NCBI RefSeq assembly: GCF_004010195.1
Contig: NC_057728.1
Coordinates: forward strand, 52,112,732 to 52,176,731
DNA length: 64,000 nucleotides
From: Chiloscyllium plagiosum
Taxonomy: Eukaryota
Direction: 5' to 3'
Each line of letters opens with the position of its first letter. Position 1 is the stretch's first letter. Positions 25,128 to 37,250 of this stretch are shown in pieces. The notes under the pieces are model-generated. The model searched no databases. It was given only the letters and a program-made list of their open reading frames with translations, and had not been told where the DNA came from. The translations under genes were made by a program, and so were the position numbers.

Positions 25128-26640
25128 ATGGCTCCTTCAGTCACCAAGAGTTTTCTGGAGGTGGAAGAAGTGACTTTGGAGGCTTTACAAAAGGTGAACA
25201 AAGTCAAGCTGCTGGAATTACCAAACAGGCTGGAGTTGGAGCTGCCTCCCTCTGTGAGGAAAGGCGAGATAATTACAGCAATAGCCCAGCATTAAATTTG
25301 CTGGAAACACCATCAGAATCTGTGCAGCTGGCTAAAATTCAATTGTGAATGAAGCAGCTTGAGTTAGAGGCAAAAGAAAAGGAAAGAGAAAGAAAGAGAG
25401 AGAAGAAAGAGAAAAGGAGAGAGGGGAAAGGAAGAAAGAGGGGATTTGAACTTCAGAAATCGGCACTCAGACGGGAATGTCATTTTAAAAGGATGGAGAT
25501 GAAGGCTGAAGGTAAGCTTAGTGAGGAAGAGAGTAAGGATGAGCAAACCCATGGTCTCCAAAGGCTATGTGGGGATCTGTTTAAATATATTCAAGCACTG
25601 CCTAAACGTGACAAGAAAGATGTAGAAGCTTATTCCACCTCATTTGAGAAGGTAGTTAAACAAATGCAGTGGTCAGTGACCATGTGGGTTTTGCTGATAC
25701 AAACAAAACTTGTAGATTGAGCTAGTGAGGCATTTGCAACATTATCAGAGGAGGTATCTGGGGCGTATGAGGAGGTGAAGAAAGCCATCTTAAATGCATA
25801 TGAACTTGTGCCAGAAGCCTGCAGACAATGTTTTAGGAATCAAAGGAGGGACCCTCGTCAAACCTACACTGAGTTTGAAAGGATCAAACAAAGTAATTTT
25901 GATAGTTGGATAAGTACATTAAAAATTGGGCAAATCTATGACGCTCTCAGAGGGATGATTACCAATGCTATAGAATCCCTACAGTGTAGAAATAGGCCCT
26001 TTGGCCCAGCAAGTCCACACCGACCCCTCTGAAGAGTATCCCACCCAGAACCATTCCTCTATTACTCTCCGTTTACCCCTGACTATTGCACCTAACCTAC
26101 ACATCCATGAACACTATGGGCAATTTATAATGGCCAATTCACCTAACCTGCACGTCTTTGGATTGTGGGAGGAAACCCACACAGACACGGGAAGAATGTG
26201 CAAACTCCACTCAGACAGTCACCCGAGGTTGGAATTGAACCCAGGTCTCTGGTACTGGGAGGCAGGAGTGCTAACCACTGAGCCACCGTGCCACCTCTGG
26301 TCATTATTTTGGAGGAGTTCGAAAATTCACTTCCTGAGGTAGTGAGAACTCATGTGAGCAGAGAGTTAAAATGGCAAGATTTGCATCTGAAATGGCTTAT
26401 AATTATGAATTGGTTTGTAAATCAAAGTTTGACTTCCAACATCAATTTCAATCTGTGAGGGATAGAACTTGGGGAAAGAAATCCTCAAGTGTAAACGGAA
26501 AGGTAGACCTTGGTGAAGATCATAAGAACAACTTACCACAGGGTAAAAAGGAAATCCTTGAAGGGGAAAGAGAAGTTAAAAGGCTCTGGTGGTTTCACTG
26601 AAATAAAGTAGGCCACATGAAGTCACAGTGTTGGTGGGTT
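25128..26640 (+). pseudogene. gag remnant with SCAN-like capsid segment and decayed CCHC knuckle
   Basis: ILNAYELVPEACRQCFRN...FDSWI; WFH*NKVGHMKSQCW near 26590-26635; stops and frameshifts. Confidence 0.75.
25966..26294 (-). mobile_element. HE1/V-SINE inserted in gag
   Basis: Full SINE in reverse. Confidence 0.85.
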
Positions 26641-26799
26641 AGGAAAATCACTGGGAAGACAGGATAAGCCAATGAGTTTTGTTGGAGTAGTAACGGAAAG
26701 CACAACGGAGGCTAAAAGGCTGCACTAGAATATACAACCTGGTTGGAGGTTGGTTAAGGAGGAAATGCCACATCATCTTAAATTTGCGAAGTTAAAGTT

Positions 26800-28560
26800 T
26801 ACTCACATAGGCCAGCAGAAGCAGGTTAAAAAGGTTACAATTTTAAGGGATACAGGATCCTCTCAATCTTTATGTTGAAAGATGTATAGATATGTACTTC
26901 TGAAAGACTGTTGCCAGAAAAAGTGCTAGTAATGGGAATTCACGGTGAGACACGAAGCACTCAATTATGTAGAGTGAGGTTAGAGTGTCCGGTGAAGAGT
27001 GGAGAAGTCGGACTGGACAAACTCTCAACTCCAGGAATACAATGTGTCCTTGCTGGTTCACAGGTAGGAGTGCTGCCTACCATGGTTGAAAGGCCAGTGG
27101 AAACTCAGAGGTATTGCAGGAAGCACATCCTGGGATTTTTCCTGACTGTGTGGTAAGGAGGTCACAAGGTCACCAGTTGAAACAAGAGAAATCAAAGAGT
27201 ACAGATAAGAATGTTGAAGTGGAATTAGCAGAGACCCTGTTTGATCAGATGGTGGAGACAAACCAGGAGCAGATAGATGACAAAGTAGAAATCATTCATT
27301 CAGAGATATTAACTGAGTTGCAGAAGAAAGATGAGAAACTAAAGCAATTGTATCAAAAGGCAAATATGGAAAAAGAATCTGAATGCATCCTGAATGCTGC
27401 TATCTTAAAAAATGATGCCTTAATGAGGAAATGGAGACCATCACATATTCAGGCAATTGAGAAATGGGCAGAAGTTCATCAAGTCATATTGCCAGTAGGT
27501 CATAGAAAGGAGGTGTTGCAGATAGCACATGAACTACCAGTAGGAGGTAACTTAGGGGTAAGAAAAACTCAAGCTAAAATACAAAAATATTTTTACTGGC
27601 CTGGACTGCACAAGAATGTAATTGAATTTTGCCAGACACTTCATTCATGTCAGGTAATTGGAAAACCACAGGCAATATTTAAACCCGCACCTTTAATACC
27701 TCTTCCTGCATTTGAGGAACCTTTTACAAGAGTTTTAATTGATTGCGTAGGAGCCCTACCTAATTAAAAATTAGGAATCAGTATTAGTTAGCCATAATGG
27801 ATGTGTCACTAGATTTCCAGAGGCCATTCCATTATGCACTATCACAATTAAAAGGATTATAGGGGAGTTACTCAAATATTTCACTCGATACGGACTACCC
27901 ACAGAGATAGAATCAAGGGTCAAACTTTACATTGGAAGTATTCAAGGAATGTATGGATAGCTTAGGAATAAAACAATACAAATCTATTGGGTACCATCCA
28001 GAATTGCAGGGAGCTCTAGAAAAGGTGGCATCAGACATTAAAGACCATGTTGAGGGCTTATAGTCAAGACTATCCAGATGATTGAGATAAAGGAATTTTG
28101 TTATTACGTTTTGCCATCAAAGATGCCCTAAATGAATTGACAAAATTCAGTCCATTTAATTTGTTTTGGGCATGAAGAGAAGGAACCACTGAAATTGATT
28201 AAGGAGAGATTGGAGAGTCATAATTCAGAGACCACATACTTGGACAATGTGTCAAATTTTAGGGTACAATTAAATAGAGCGGTGGAAAGTACCACATTTA
28301 AAAGTACCACAGCATACAATGAAACAGGAAGCAGACAAGAAATCAAAAACTCACAATTTTGCTATCAGAGATAAAGTGTTAAGTGTCACTTCCAGTGTTA
28401 GGTGAACATTTAAAAGCAAAATTTAGTGGACCTTATCAATTTGAAAGGGGATTGAGTGAGGTGAACTAATTGATAAGGACTCCAGACAGAAAGAAATCTA
28501 ACAGAGTGTGTCATGTAAATAAGCTGAAAGGGTATTTTGATAGGGAAGGAAAGCCAAAGC
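26800..28560 (+). pseudogene. Protease and integrase remnants
   Basis: ILRDTGSSQS (about 26840-26870); AHELPVGGNLGVRKTQAKIQKYFYWPGL...C..C zinc-binding region; IDCVGALP; YHPELQGALE; FSGPY. Confidence 0.85.
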
Positions 28561-28676
28561 AAACTGTGTTACTGGTTACAACATAGAGAGAAGAATCAAG
28601 TTCAGAGGATTCTGAATTAGACATGCCTCAAATTAAATTAGACAATGAGGAAGTTGTCAAAAATTGGGATATATAA

Positions 28677-30496
28677 TTGAGTTACCTTTCAGACGAAAAT
28701 CAAAATGACCTGAAAGGATTATTGCTAGCATGTGGAGAGATATGTGGAAATAAGCTGGGAAGTACTAAGCTAATTATGCATGATGTAGACATAAGAAATG
28801 CTGTTCCAAATAAGCAACATCCTTATAGGCAAAACCATCTAAAGTTGGCACAGGTTCAAAAGGAAATTGAACACATGCTCCAACACGACATAATTGAAGT
28901 GAGTTACAGTGACTGGAACTCACCCAGAGTAATGGTGCCAAAACCAAATGGTACCAACAACCAAATGGACTCTCACAAAGTCAATGCAGTTACAAAGACT
29001 GTTCACATCCAATTCCATGTTTGGAAGACAGTGTTGAAAAGGTGCAACAAGCAACTTATATTTCTAAGTTGGCCTTGCTCAGAGGATACTGGTAGGTACC
29101 TTTGTCCAAAAGAGTGAAGATAATTTCAGCTTTTGTAACACAGAAAAGACTGTATCAATTTAAAGTCATGCCATTTGGTATGAAAAATGCACCAGCCACA
29201 TTTCAAAGACTAACCAATAAGATCATTGCCAGACTACCCAATTGTGTGGTTTGTATTGATGACCTGGTGATTTTTAGTGGTTAGCACTGCTGCCTCACAG
29301 CGCCAGAGACCCGGGTTCAATTCCCGACTCAGGCGACTGACTGTGTGGAGTCTGCACGTTCTCCCGGTGTCTGCGTGGGTTTCCTCCGGGTGCTCCGGTT
29401 TCCTCCCACAGTCACAAAGATGTGCAGGTCAGGTGAATTGGCCATGCTAAATTGCCCGTAGTGTTAGGTAAGAGATAAATGTAGGGGTATGGGTGGGTTG
29501 TGCTTCGGCGGGGCGGTGTGGACTTGTTGGGCCGAAGGGCCTGTTTCCACACTGCAAGTAATCTAATCTAATCTAAAAACATGGAAGGAACATTCGCAAC
29601 ATTTATTGGAATTGTTCAATTGACTTCAGGAGGCAGGCTGGCTAAAAGTAAATTTGCCAAAGCCCAAGTCATCTTCCTGGGCCATGTCATTGGACACGGA
29701 CCATGGGGTGCAAAAAGAAAGGTAGTTGGGGAGTTTCTCATACCATCGACAAACAGAGCAATACTATGATTCCTGGTATTAAGCGGATTATATTGGAAAT
29801 TTGTACCAAATTTAGCAGGGTGGCTGCTCCACTCAAGACATTTCAGTGGACTGTCAGAAGGCATTTGACAGCTTGAAAGCTGTGTTAACCACTGTCCCAG
29901 TGTTAGCCAGACCTAATTTCTCATACCATCGACAAACAGAGCAATACTATGATTCCTGGGATTAAGCGGATTATATTGGAAATTTGTACCAAATTTAGCA
30001 GGGTGGCTGCTCCACTCACTGAACTATTAAAGAAAGGCAAGACATTTCAGTGGACTGTCAGAAGGCATTTGACAGCTTGAAAGCTGTGTTAACCACTGCC
30101 CCAGACCTAATTACGCAAAGCCATTCAAGGTGGCTATTCATGTGAGCGATGTGGGTGTTGGTGCTGTGCTCTTACAGGAAGACGACGAAAAGATAGAAAA
30201 ACCAATTGGATATTTCTCCAAGAAAATTGACCATTCATCAGCAGAAATATTTGACAGTTGAGAAGGAGACTTTGAGCTTGGTTTTGGCATTACAACATTT
30301 AAACGTTTATGTTGCCAGTAATGTATCTGAGACAATCATACACACTGATCACAATGTATTGAAGTTCGTGGAGAAATTTAAGGACAATATTTCCAAACGG
30401 TTTAGGTGGAGCTTGTTACAGCCATTCAACTTGAAAGTTGTGCATGTGGCAGGACAAGAAAACATGACTGCCGACGCATTGTCGAGACTTTGGTGA
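28677..30496 (+). pseudogene. Reverse transcriptase and RNase H remnants
   Basis: KQHPYR, WNSPRVMVPKPNG, YQFKVMPFGMKNAPATFQRL, CIDD, DVGVGAVLLQ, EKETLSLV, TDH, ADALSR. Confidence 0.88.
29275..29576 (+). mobile_element. Young HE1/V-SINE inserted in RT
   Basis: Near-identical to the 16600 copy, CpGs retained. Confidence 0.9.
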
Positions 30497-31096
30497 GAAA
30501 CAGAGGCATACAGTGGCAGGAGTAAACACACTGAAACAGAATGTAGTCGTGCATGTTTGCATGTTTATAGTCAGTGTAATGTATCTGTGTGTTGTAGTGT
30601 TCTAACAGTGTAAGATTAAAGTGTTTTAAAATGAAGCCATCTTTGAATATTGATGGTTTATTATTTTTAAGGGGGAGGTGTGTTGATGCTGCTCCTTTAA
30701 CAAGGTTATGTTGTTCTTGGTTTTTCTTCCAGAGGGGTCATAAAGGCAGAGGTTCTGATATGTCTGGAAATATCTAGTTGAAAAAAGCTTTTAAGTGTTT
30801 TTTTAAAACACTTGTACAGTGAAAGGAGAGTGGCCAATTCTCCTAGCTCAGGATTTGGTTTGTTTCAGCAAGCTGTTTTTGTTTGCAGCAGCTGGTCCAG
30901 TTTTAGCTGGGAACCCAGAGAAGCTGCTGGACCCAAAGAAGTAGCTCCATGCTGATCCTCTCTCTCTCTCTCTCTGACCTCTCTCATTGCAAGCATTTGG
31001 AACAGCATTATTTAGTTGCAATGGAGTCGATTGGGTTTTCAAATAGGTTAAGTTATTCTGAATTTCGTTCTCTTTTGTTCATGTTTCATTGAGTAG

Positions 31097-31431
31097 TCAT
31101 AGAGTCATAGATAGGTACAGCACGGAAACAGACCCTTCGATCCAACTCATCCGTGCTGACCAGATATCCTAGCCTAATCTAGTCCCATTTGCCAGCACTT
31201 AGCCAATATCCCTCTTAACCTTTCCTGTTCATATACCAATCCAGATGCCTTTAAATGTTGTAATTGTACCAGCCACCACCCCTTCCTCTGGCAGTTCATT
31301 CATTGCACGCACCACCCTCTGCATGAAGAAGTTGCTCCTTTAGTCCCTTTTAAATTTTTCCCCTCTCACCCTAAACCCTGGGGTGTAGGAGTCCAGAACT
31401 ATACTCTCTAGTTTGGGACTCCTCACCTCAG
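31097..31431 (-). mobile_element. CR1 3' fragment inserted in the 3' LTR
   Basis: tcatagagtcataga tail and CR1 3' sequence in reverse. Confidence 0.85.
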
Positions 31432-31509
31432 GGTGAATAAACTCTGTTTTGGTTAAAACTGAGTGTTTGGACCATCTGCATCACTCCTGGAATATCCACT
31501 TTCAACCTG

Positions 31510-32426
31510 TGTTATGAAGTTGCAGATGTGTACTGTACCTTTAAGAGAGAGTGAGTGCTATTCTGAACTGAGAGATTACAAGCATCTTTGTTTATGACTA
31601 GATGACAGTCCAGAGTGTATGAGAAAATTGCAAATAAGTAACATTTGGCTGTGAAATGGACACCTGAGTTGTGGTTGCTGTTTTGATAACAATTCAAATT
31701 TAACCAATCAGTTTAAATTATGCCCCAGGATACTAAAACCCAATCATGTTTGAATTTACTGTTTTGAAAACATTGAACCCGTTGTTGTGCTTCTGTTCGC
31801 CGAGCTGGGAATTTGTGTTGCGCTTCACAGGAGGCTCCCAAGCACTGAGGATGTCACCTAGACAGGGGACGAAACGTCTGCAACACAAATTCCTAGCTCG
31901 GCGAACAGAACCACAACAACGAGTACCCGAGCTACAAATCTTCTCACAAACTTTGAACATTGAACCCAATGAGATGATCTAAATTTGGGTATATGAAAAT
32001 GCAGACAATTTGAAAATTAGAGAGAGACCTAAGAAATTAGGAAACACTCTCTATCATACAAAACATACTCGCAGTAAAAAAAAGATACTCAGGGAATTCA
32101 GCAACTGGAAGAGTGAAGTCACAGAAGCCAACAGCAGCTGTGTGAGTTTGAAATTAAGTTGATGTAATTTTAATACGTGTCTTATTGGAACCGCATATTG
32201 TTATAGATTTGGAGGCAGGTAATAAGTAGTTAAGAGAAAGGAGGGCTTAGAATTGTGAATAGTTGTTGTTTAATGTTCACTTTTAGAGTTAAAAATATTG
32301 ATGCTATTTTCTTTAGTGGAATTTGGGAGTTCTCTGTCACCCATATTTTAACAGATTATGAGGTGAGGTGAGCTTTTCTGGGTGTTTGGTTTAATTAACA
32401 GAAGTATTCACCACCGTGTCATAACA
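31510..32426. mobile_element. Solo LTR of a second family inside the 3' LTR
   Basis: TGTTATGA...TCATAACA termini; TSD CCTG at 31506-31509 and 32427-32430; the 5' LTR shows the empty site (cacctgcttt). Confidence 0.85.
31781..31955 (+). mobile_element. PLE-derived fold-back insertion with intact hammerhead (31842-31881)
   Basis: TSD AACATTGAACCC at 31769-31780 and 31956-31967; GCA-CTGAGGA-t-GTCaCCT-agac-AGGgGAC-GAAACGTC-TGC. Confidence 0.85.
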
Positions 32427-32835
32427 CCTGCTTAAAACGACTAGAAATGTTAGGGTCTGGGTTACCTTCTTGAAGTGTTTTGAGGGGGTCTGGCTTGGTC
32501 TATAACACTAATATCTCCACAAGAATACAAAGAGGTCTTCTGCGCTCTTCAGCACATTTTGTGATTCTTTTGAAAATCACTTTGGAGATTCTCATCTCAC
32601 TGTCCTATAGTTGGTCACAAAACTGGACTATCTTGTATGATTGTATTTTCCTGAATGACTTGCCAAATGGCCATGTTGTTCAGGGGCTGGGAGTGTATTA
32701 AAAAAACGCAAAGGGAGAAACCTGCTCTCACAAAAGATTATCTAATTGTTAAAGCATAGTTGTATTCTATTCAATGATTCAGCATTTGTTCCCCAGCAGT
32801 AATTCCATTAACTGTAGAATTCTTATTTGTTGTCC

Positions 32836-33265
32836 AAAGTTAAAAATCACACAACACCAGGTTATAGTCCAACAGGTTTAATTGGAAGCACACTAGCTTT
32901 CAGAGCGACGCTCCTTCATCAGGTGATAGTGGAGGGCTCGATCGTAACACAGAATTTATAGCAAAAATTTACAGTGTGATGTAACTGAAATTATACATTG
33001 AAACATTGATTGTCTGTTAAGCCTTTCATCTGTTAGAATACAGTGATAGTTTCATTTCTTTCATGTGTAAATCACAAAACCTTTTTTTTAAAGTTGCATT
33101 CTCGGGTTAGCTGTTAACAATGGTGATAGCTAGACAATATGTTGATGAAGGAGTGTCGCTCCGAAAGCTAGTGTGCTTCCAATTAAACCTGTTGGACTAT
33201 AACCTGGTGCTATGTGATTTTTAACTTTGTACACCCAAGTCAACACCGGCATCTCCAAATCATGA
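32836..33265. mobile_element. PLE-derived inverted-repeat insertion with two hammerhead motifs
   Basis: TSD TTATTTGTTGTCC at 32823-32835 and 33266-33278; minus-strand CAC-CTGATGA-aggagcgtcgctct-GAAAGCTA-GTG (32891-32925); plus copy at about 33142-33173. Confidence 0.8.
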
Positions 33266-33678
33266 TTATTTGTTGTCCTGTTTGATGTCATTTCATTTGA
33301 AAGCCATTTTATCTTTGGGGCATGTTTCTTCAAATTACATTGGCATTTTCGGTTTAACATTGTTACCTCTGTCAAGCCACCTGGGTATTCTCCCATCCTC
33401 AACTTCCTACCCCTCCCAGCTCCCCCTACCACAAAACCTTGCCTATTTCTTTATTTTTCTACTTATTCCATGAAGGTAATGCTTGCTTTTTAATTCTGTT
33501 CTCTTACTACTTTGTACCTAAGTTTTTTTGTACCTAAGATGGTGCCATGTGTGGCAACATTATACACTTTTCACTCTACTCCTGTACTTGAGTACATGTG
33601 ACAATAAAATCTAAATCGAAAATCTATGTTCTTGGAATCTGTCCTTTCTCCTGGTACATCTTCCAAGCTTGGACTCAT

Positions 33679-33697
33679 GCGCTCCATCTAGTGGCAG
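33679..33697 (-). promoter_or_regulatory. Candidate CTCF-binding site
   Basis: CTGCCACTAGATGGAGCGC closely matches the CCASYAGRKGGCRS consensus, in apparently non-repeat sequence. Confidence 0.45.
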
Positions 33698-34000
33698 ACG
33701 TTGGTATGTGCAGGTAATGCATCAGCCAATTTCCCCAAACTTGAATTTGGTCAATCTATTTATGGAGCACTAGCATAGTGGTAATATCACATTATTATTA
33801 ATGACTCAGATAATAGAAATCTGGTAGTGAAGAAAGTTAGGCAACATTAAACATAGTGTAGATAAATTGCAAAATTTGTGGTAATGGGGGACTGTGTTCA
33901 TGCTCTCCCCTGATTTACAAACTAAAAGCGTGCATGGTTTTGTTAACTGAACCAAGCTTATACTTTACTTACTCCCCTGTAAATTGAGTGACATCTTAAA

Positions 34001-34620
34001 GAGTGGCATGGTGGCTCAGTGGTTAGCACTGCTGCCTCATAGCACCAGGGACCTTGGTTTGATTCCAGCCATGGGCGACTGTCTGTGTGGAGTTTGCATG
34101 TTTTCCCCGTGTCTGCGTGGGTTTTCTCTGGGTGCTCCAGTTTCCTCCCACAATCCAAATACATGCAGGTTAGGTGAATTGTCCACGCTAAATTGCCCAT
34201 ATTGTTTAGGGATCCATGTGTTAGTCAGGGGTAGGGTAGGGGAATGGTTTGGGTGGGATACTCTTTGGAGGGTCGGTGTGGACTCATTGGGCCGAAGGGC
34301 CTGTTTCTACACTATAGGGATTCAATGATTTGTTTGGGGTGGCTCAGTGGTTAGCACTGCTGCCTCACAGTGCTCGGGACCTAGGTTCGATTCCCACCTC
34401 TGACAACTGTCTGTGTGGAGTTTACACATTCTCCCTGTGTCTGTGTGGGTTTCCTCTGGGAGCTCCAGTTTCCTCCCACAGTCCTCGATATGCAAGTTAG
34501 GCGAATTGCCCATAGTGTTAGGTGCATTAGGATAGGGGAATAGGTCTGGGTGGATTACTCTTCAGAGGGTTGGTGTGGACTTGTTGGGCCAAAAGGCCTA
34601 TAGGGAATCCAATTTAATCA
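34001..34620 (+). mobile_element. Two tandem HE1/V-SINEs (about 34001-34325 and 34337-34620)
   Basis: Two successive gtggctcagtggttagcactgctgcctca heads with cores and tails. Confidence 0.85.
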
Positions 34621-35113
34621 TAATGACAGGAAAAGAAATTCATTTCCACTGGTTGGAGATTCTATTCCTTGGAGGCATAATCTGAGATTAAGACCAGACT
34701 GTTAAGGAGAGATATTAGGAAGCACTTCACCACACAAAGAGTTGAACTCTTCCACAAACAGCAGTGGATGCTGGATCAGTTGTTTAAGTATGAGATAGAT
34801 AACTTTTGTTAAGCAAAAGTACTAAGGAATATGGGCCAAAGGCAAGTATATGGAATTAGGCCACAGATTAGCCATGATCTCATTGAATGGTGGAACAGGT
34901 TAGAGTGGCTGAGTGACCTATTTCTCTTCCAATGTTCGTGACTGAAGGTTAACACCTTTACTGCTTAAATTGGCAATCTGCATAGGTTTCCAACTATTTA
35001 CTCCCAAAGTGACAAGGTGGCTCGTAGAGTTACAGTACTTGTGCATTCTGTGACATAAGATGCTACTGATGTCAAACAATTGGAGATGGCTTGGTAGGTT
35101 CAGGTAGGTAAAA

Positions 35114-37250
35114 CATAGAACATAGAAAAATACAGCGCAGAACAGGTTCTTTGGCCCTCGATGTTGCGCCAACCTGTAAACTATTCTAAGCCCATCACAC
35201 TACACTGTCCCATCATCATCCATATGCTTATCCAAAGATTGTTTAAATCTCCCTAATGTGGCTGAATTTCCTACATTGGCAGGTAGGGCAGTCCACGTCC
35301 TTACCACTCTCTGAGTAAAGAACCTGCCTCTGACATCTGTCTTAAATCTATCACCCCTCAATTAGTAGCTATGCCCCCTCGTACAAGTAGACGTCATCAT
35401 CCTAGGAATAAGACTCTCACTGTGCATCCTATCTAATCCTCTGATCATCTTGTATGTCGCTATTAAATCCCCGCTTAGCCTTCTTCTCTCCAATGAGAAC
35501 AGATCCAAGTCCCTCAGCCTTTCCTCATTAGACTTCCCCCCAGACCAGGCTACATTCTCATAAATCTCTTCTGCAACTTTTCCAAAGTTTCCACATCCTT
35601 CCTGTAATGGGGGGACCAGAACTGCACACAATACTCCAAGTGAGGCCGCACTAGCGTTTTGCACAGTTGCAGCATGACATCACCGCTCCAGAACTCAATC
35701 CCTCTACCAATAAAACCTAACACTCTGTATGCCTTCTTCACAGCACCATCATCCTGGATGGCAACTTTCAGGGATCTATGTACATGGACACCAAGATCCC
35801 TCTGCACATCCACACCAGCGAGAATCTTTCCATTTGACCCAGTATTCTGTCTTTCTGTTATTCTTCCCAAAGTCAATCATCTCACATTTATCTGCATTGA
35901 ACTCTATTTGCCACCTTTCAGCCCAATTTTGCAGTTTATCCAAGTCCTCCTGCAACCTGAAACATTCTTCTGCACTGTCCACCACTCCACTGACTTTAGT
36001 GTCATCTGTAAACTTACTAAGCCATCCACCTATTCTGGCATCCAAGTCGTTTATAAAAATGACAAATGGTCCCAAAGCAGATCCTTGTGGCATACCACTA
36101 GTAACTGAACTCCAGGCTGAATATTTTCCATCAACCACCACTCGTTGCTTTCTTTCAGAAAGCCAGTTTCTAATCCAAACTGTTAAATCATCTTCAATCC
36201 CATGCCTCTGCATTTTCTCCAATAGCCTACCATGTGGAACCTTATCAAAGGCTTTACTGAAGTCCATGTACACCACGTCAACTGTCCTACCCTTATCCAC
36301 ATGCTTGGTCACCTTCTCAAAAAACTCAATGAGGTTTGTGAGACATGACCTGCCCTTGATGAATCCATGTTGACTCTTTCCAATCAAATTGTTGCTTGCT
36401 AGCTGCTTATAAATCCTATATCTTATAATCCTTTCCAAACCTTTTCCTACAACAATTGTAAGGCTCACTAGTCTGTAATTACCTAGGTCATCTCTACTGC
36501 CCTTTTTGAACAAGGGCATGACATTTGCAATCCTCCAGTCCTCTGGTACCAAACCTGTAGACAATGACGACTCAAAGATCAAGGCCAAAGACTCCGCCAT
36601 TCCCTCCCTAGCTTCCCAGAGAATTCTTGGAAAAATCCCATCTGGCCCAGGGGATGTATCTACTTTCACACCTTCTATAATTGATAACACCTCCTCCTCA
36701 CTAACCTCAATCCTTTCATGTCTAATAGCCCATATGTCAGTCTTCTCCTTTACAATATTATCCTTTTTCTGAGTGAAAACAGATGAGAAATATTCGCTTA
36801 GCACCTTTCCAATCTCCAGAGGATCCACACACAACTTCCCACTTCTGTCTTTGACATGTCCTATTCCTACCCTAGCCATCCTTTTATTCCTCACATACCG
36901 ATAGAAAGTTTAGGGTTCTCCTTTATTTTACCTGCTAAAGACTGCTTATGTCCCCTCCTTGCTCTTCCTAACGCTCTCTTTAAATCCTTTCTAGCTACTC
37001 TGTAACTCTCCATTTCCTCATCTGAACCATATTGCCCCAATGTCACATAAGCCTCCCTCTTCCACTTAACAAGAGTTACAATTTCTTTAGTAAACCAAGT
37101 TTCCTTACCTTGTCACTTTCTCTCTGCCTGACAGGGACATACCTATCAAAGACACGCAATATCTGTTCCTTAAACTAACTCCACATTTCCATTGTCCCCA
37201 TCCCCTGCATTTTGCTACCCTATTCTATGCCTCCTAAATCTTGCCTAAAC
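35114..37250 (-). mobile_element. CR1 LINE ORF2 (RT) with 3' end
   Basis: ORF 35776..36894: SPGPDGI, QHGFIKGRSCLTNL, VYMDFSKAFDKVPH, SGMPQGSALGP, FTDDTK; tail (ttctatg)n. Confidence 0.95.

Larger units (their letters stand above)
24344..32507 (+). mobile_element. Full-length decayed Gmr1-like Ty3/Gypsy LTR retrotransposon (gag-PR-INT-RT-RH)
   Basis: TG...CA termini; TSD CTAA at 24340-24343 and 32508-32511; paired LTRs; polypurine tract aagggggagg 30669-30678; all pol domains recognisable. Confidence 0.92.
30679..32507 (+). repeat. 3' LTR, split by nested insertions
   Basis: Matches the 5' LTR at 30679-31096, about 31432-31509 and 32427-32507. Confidence 0.85.

Noticed and set aside
35776..36894. 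372-aa ORF as a host gene
   Set aside because: It is a CR1 reverse transcriptase fragment with frameshifts on both sides.
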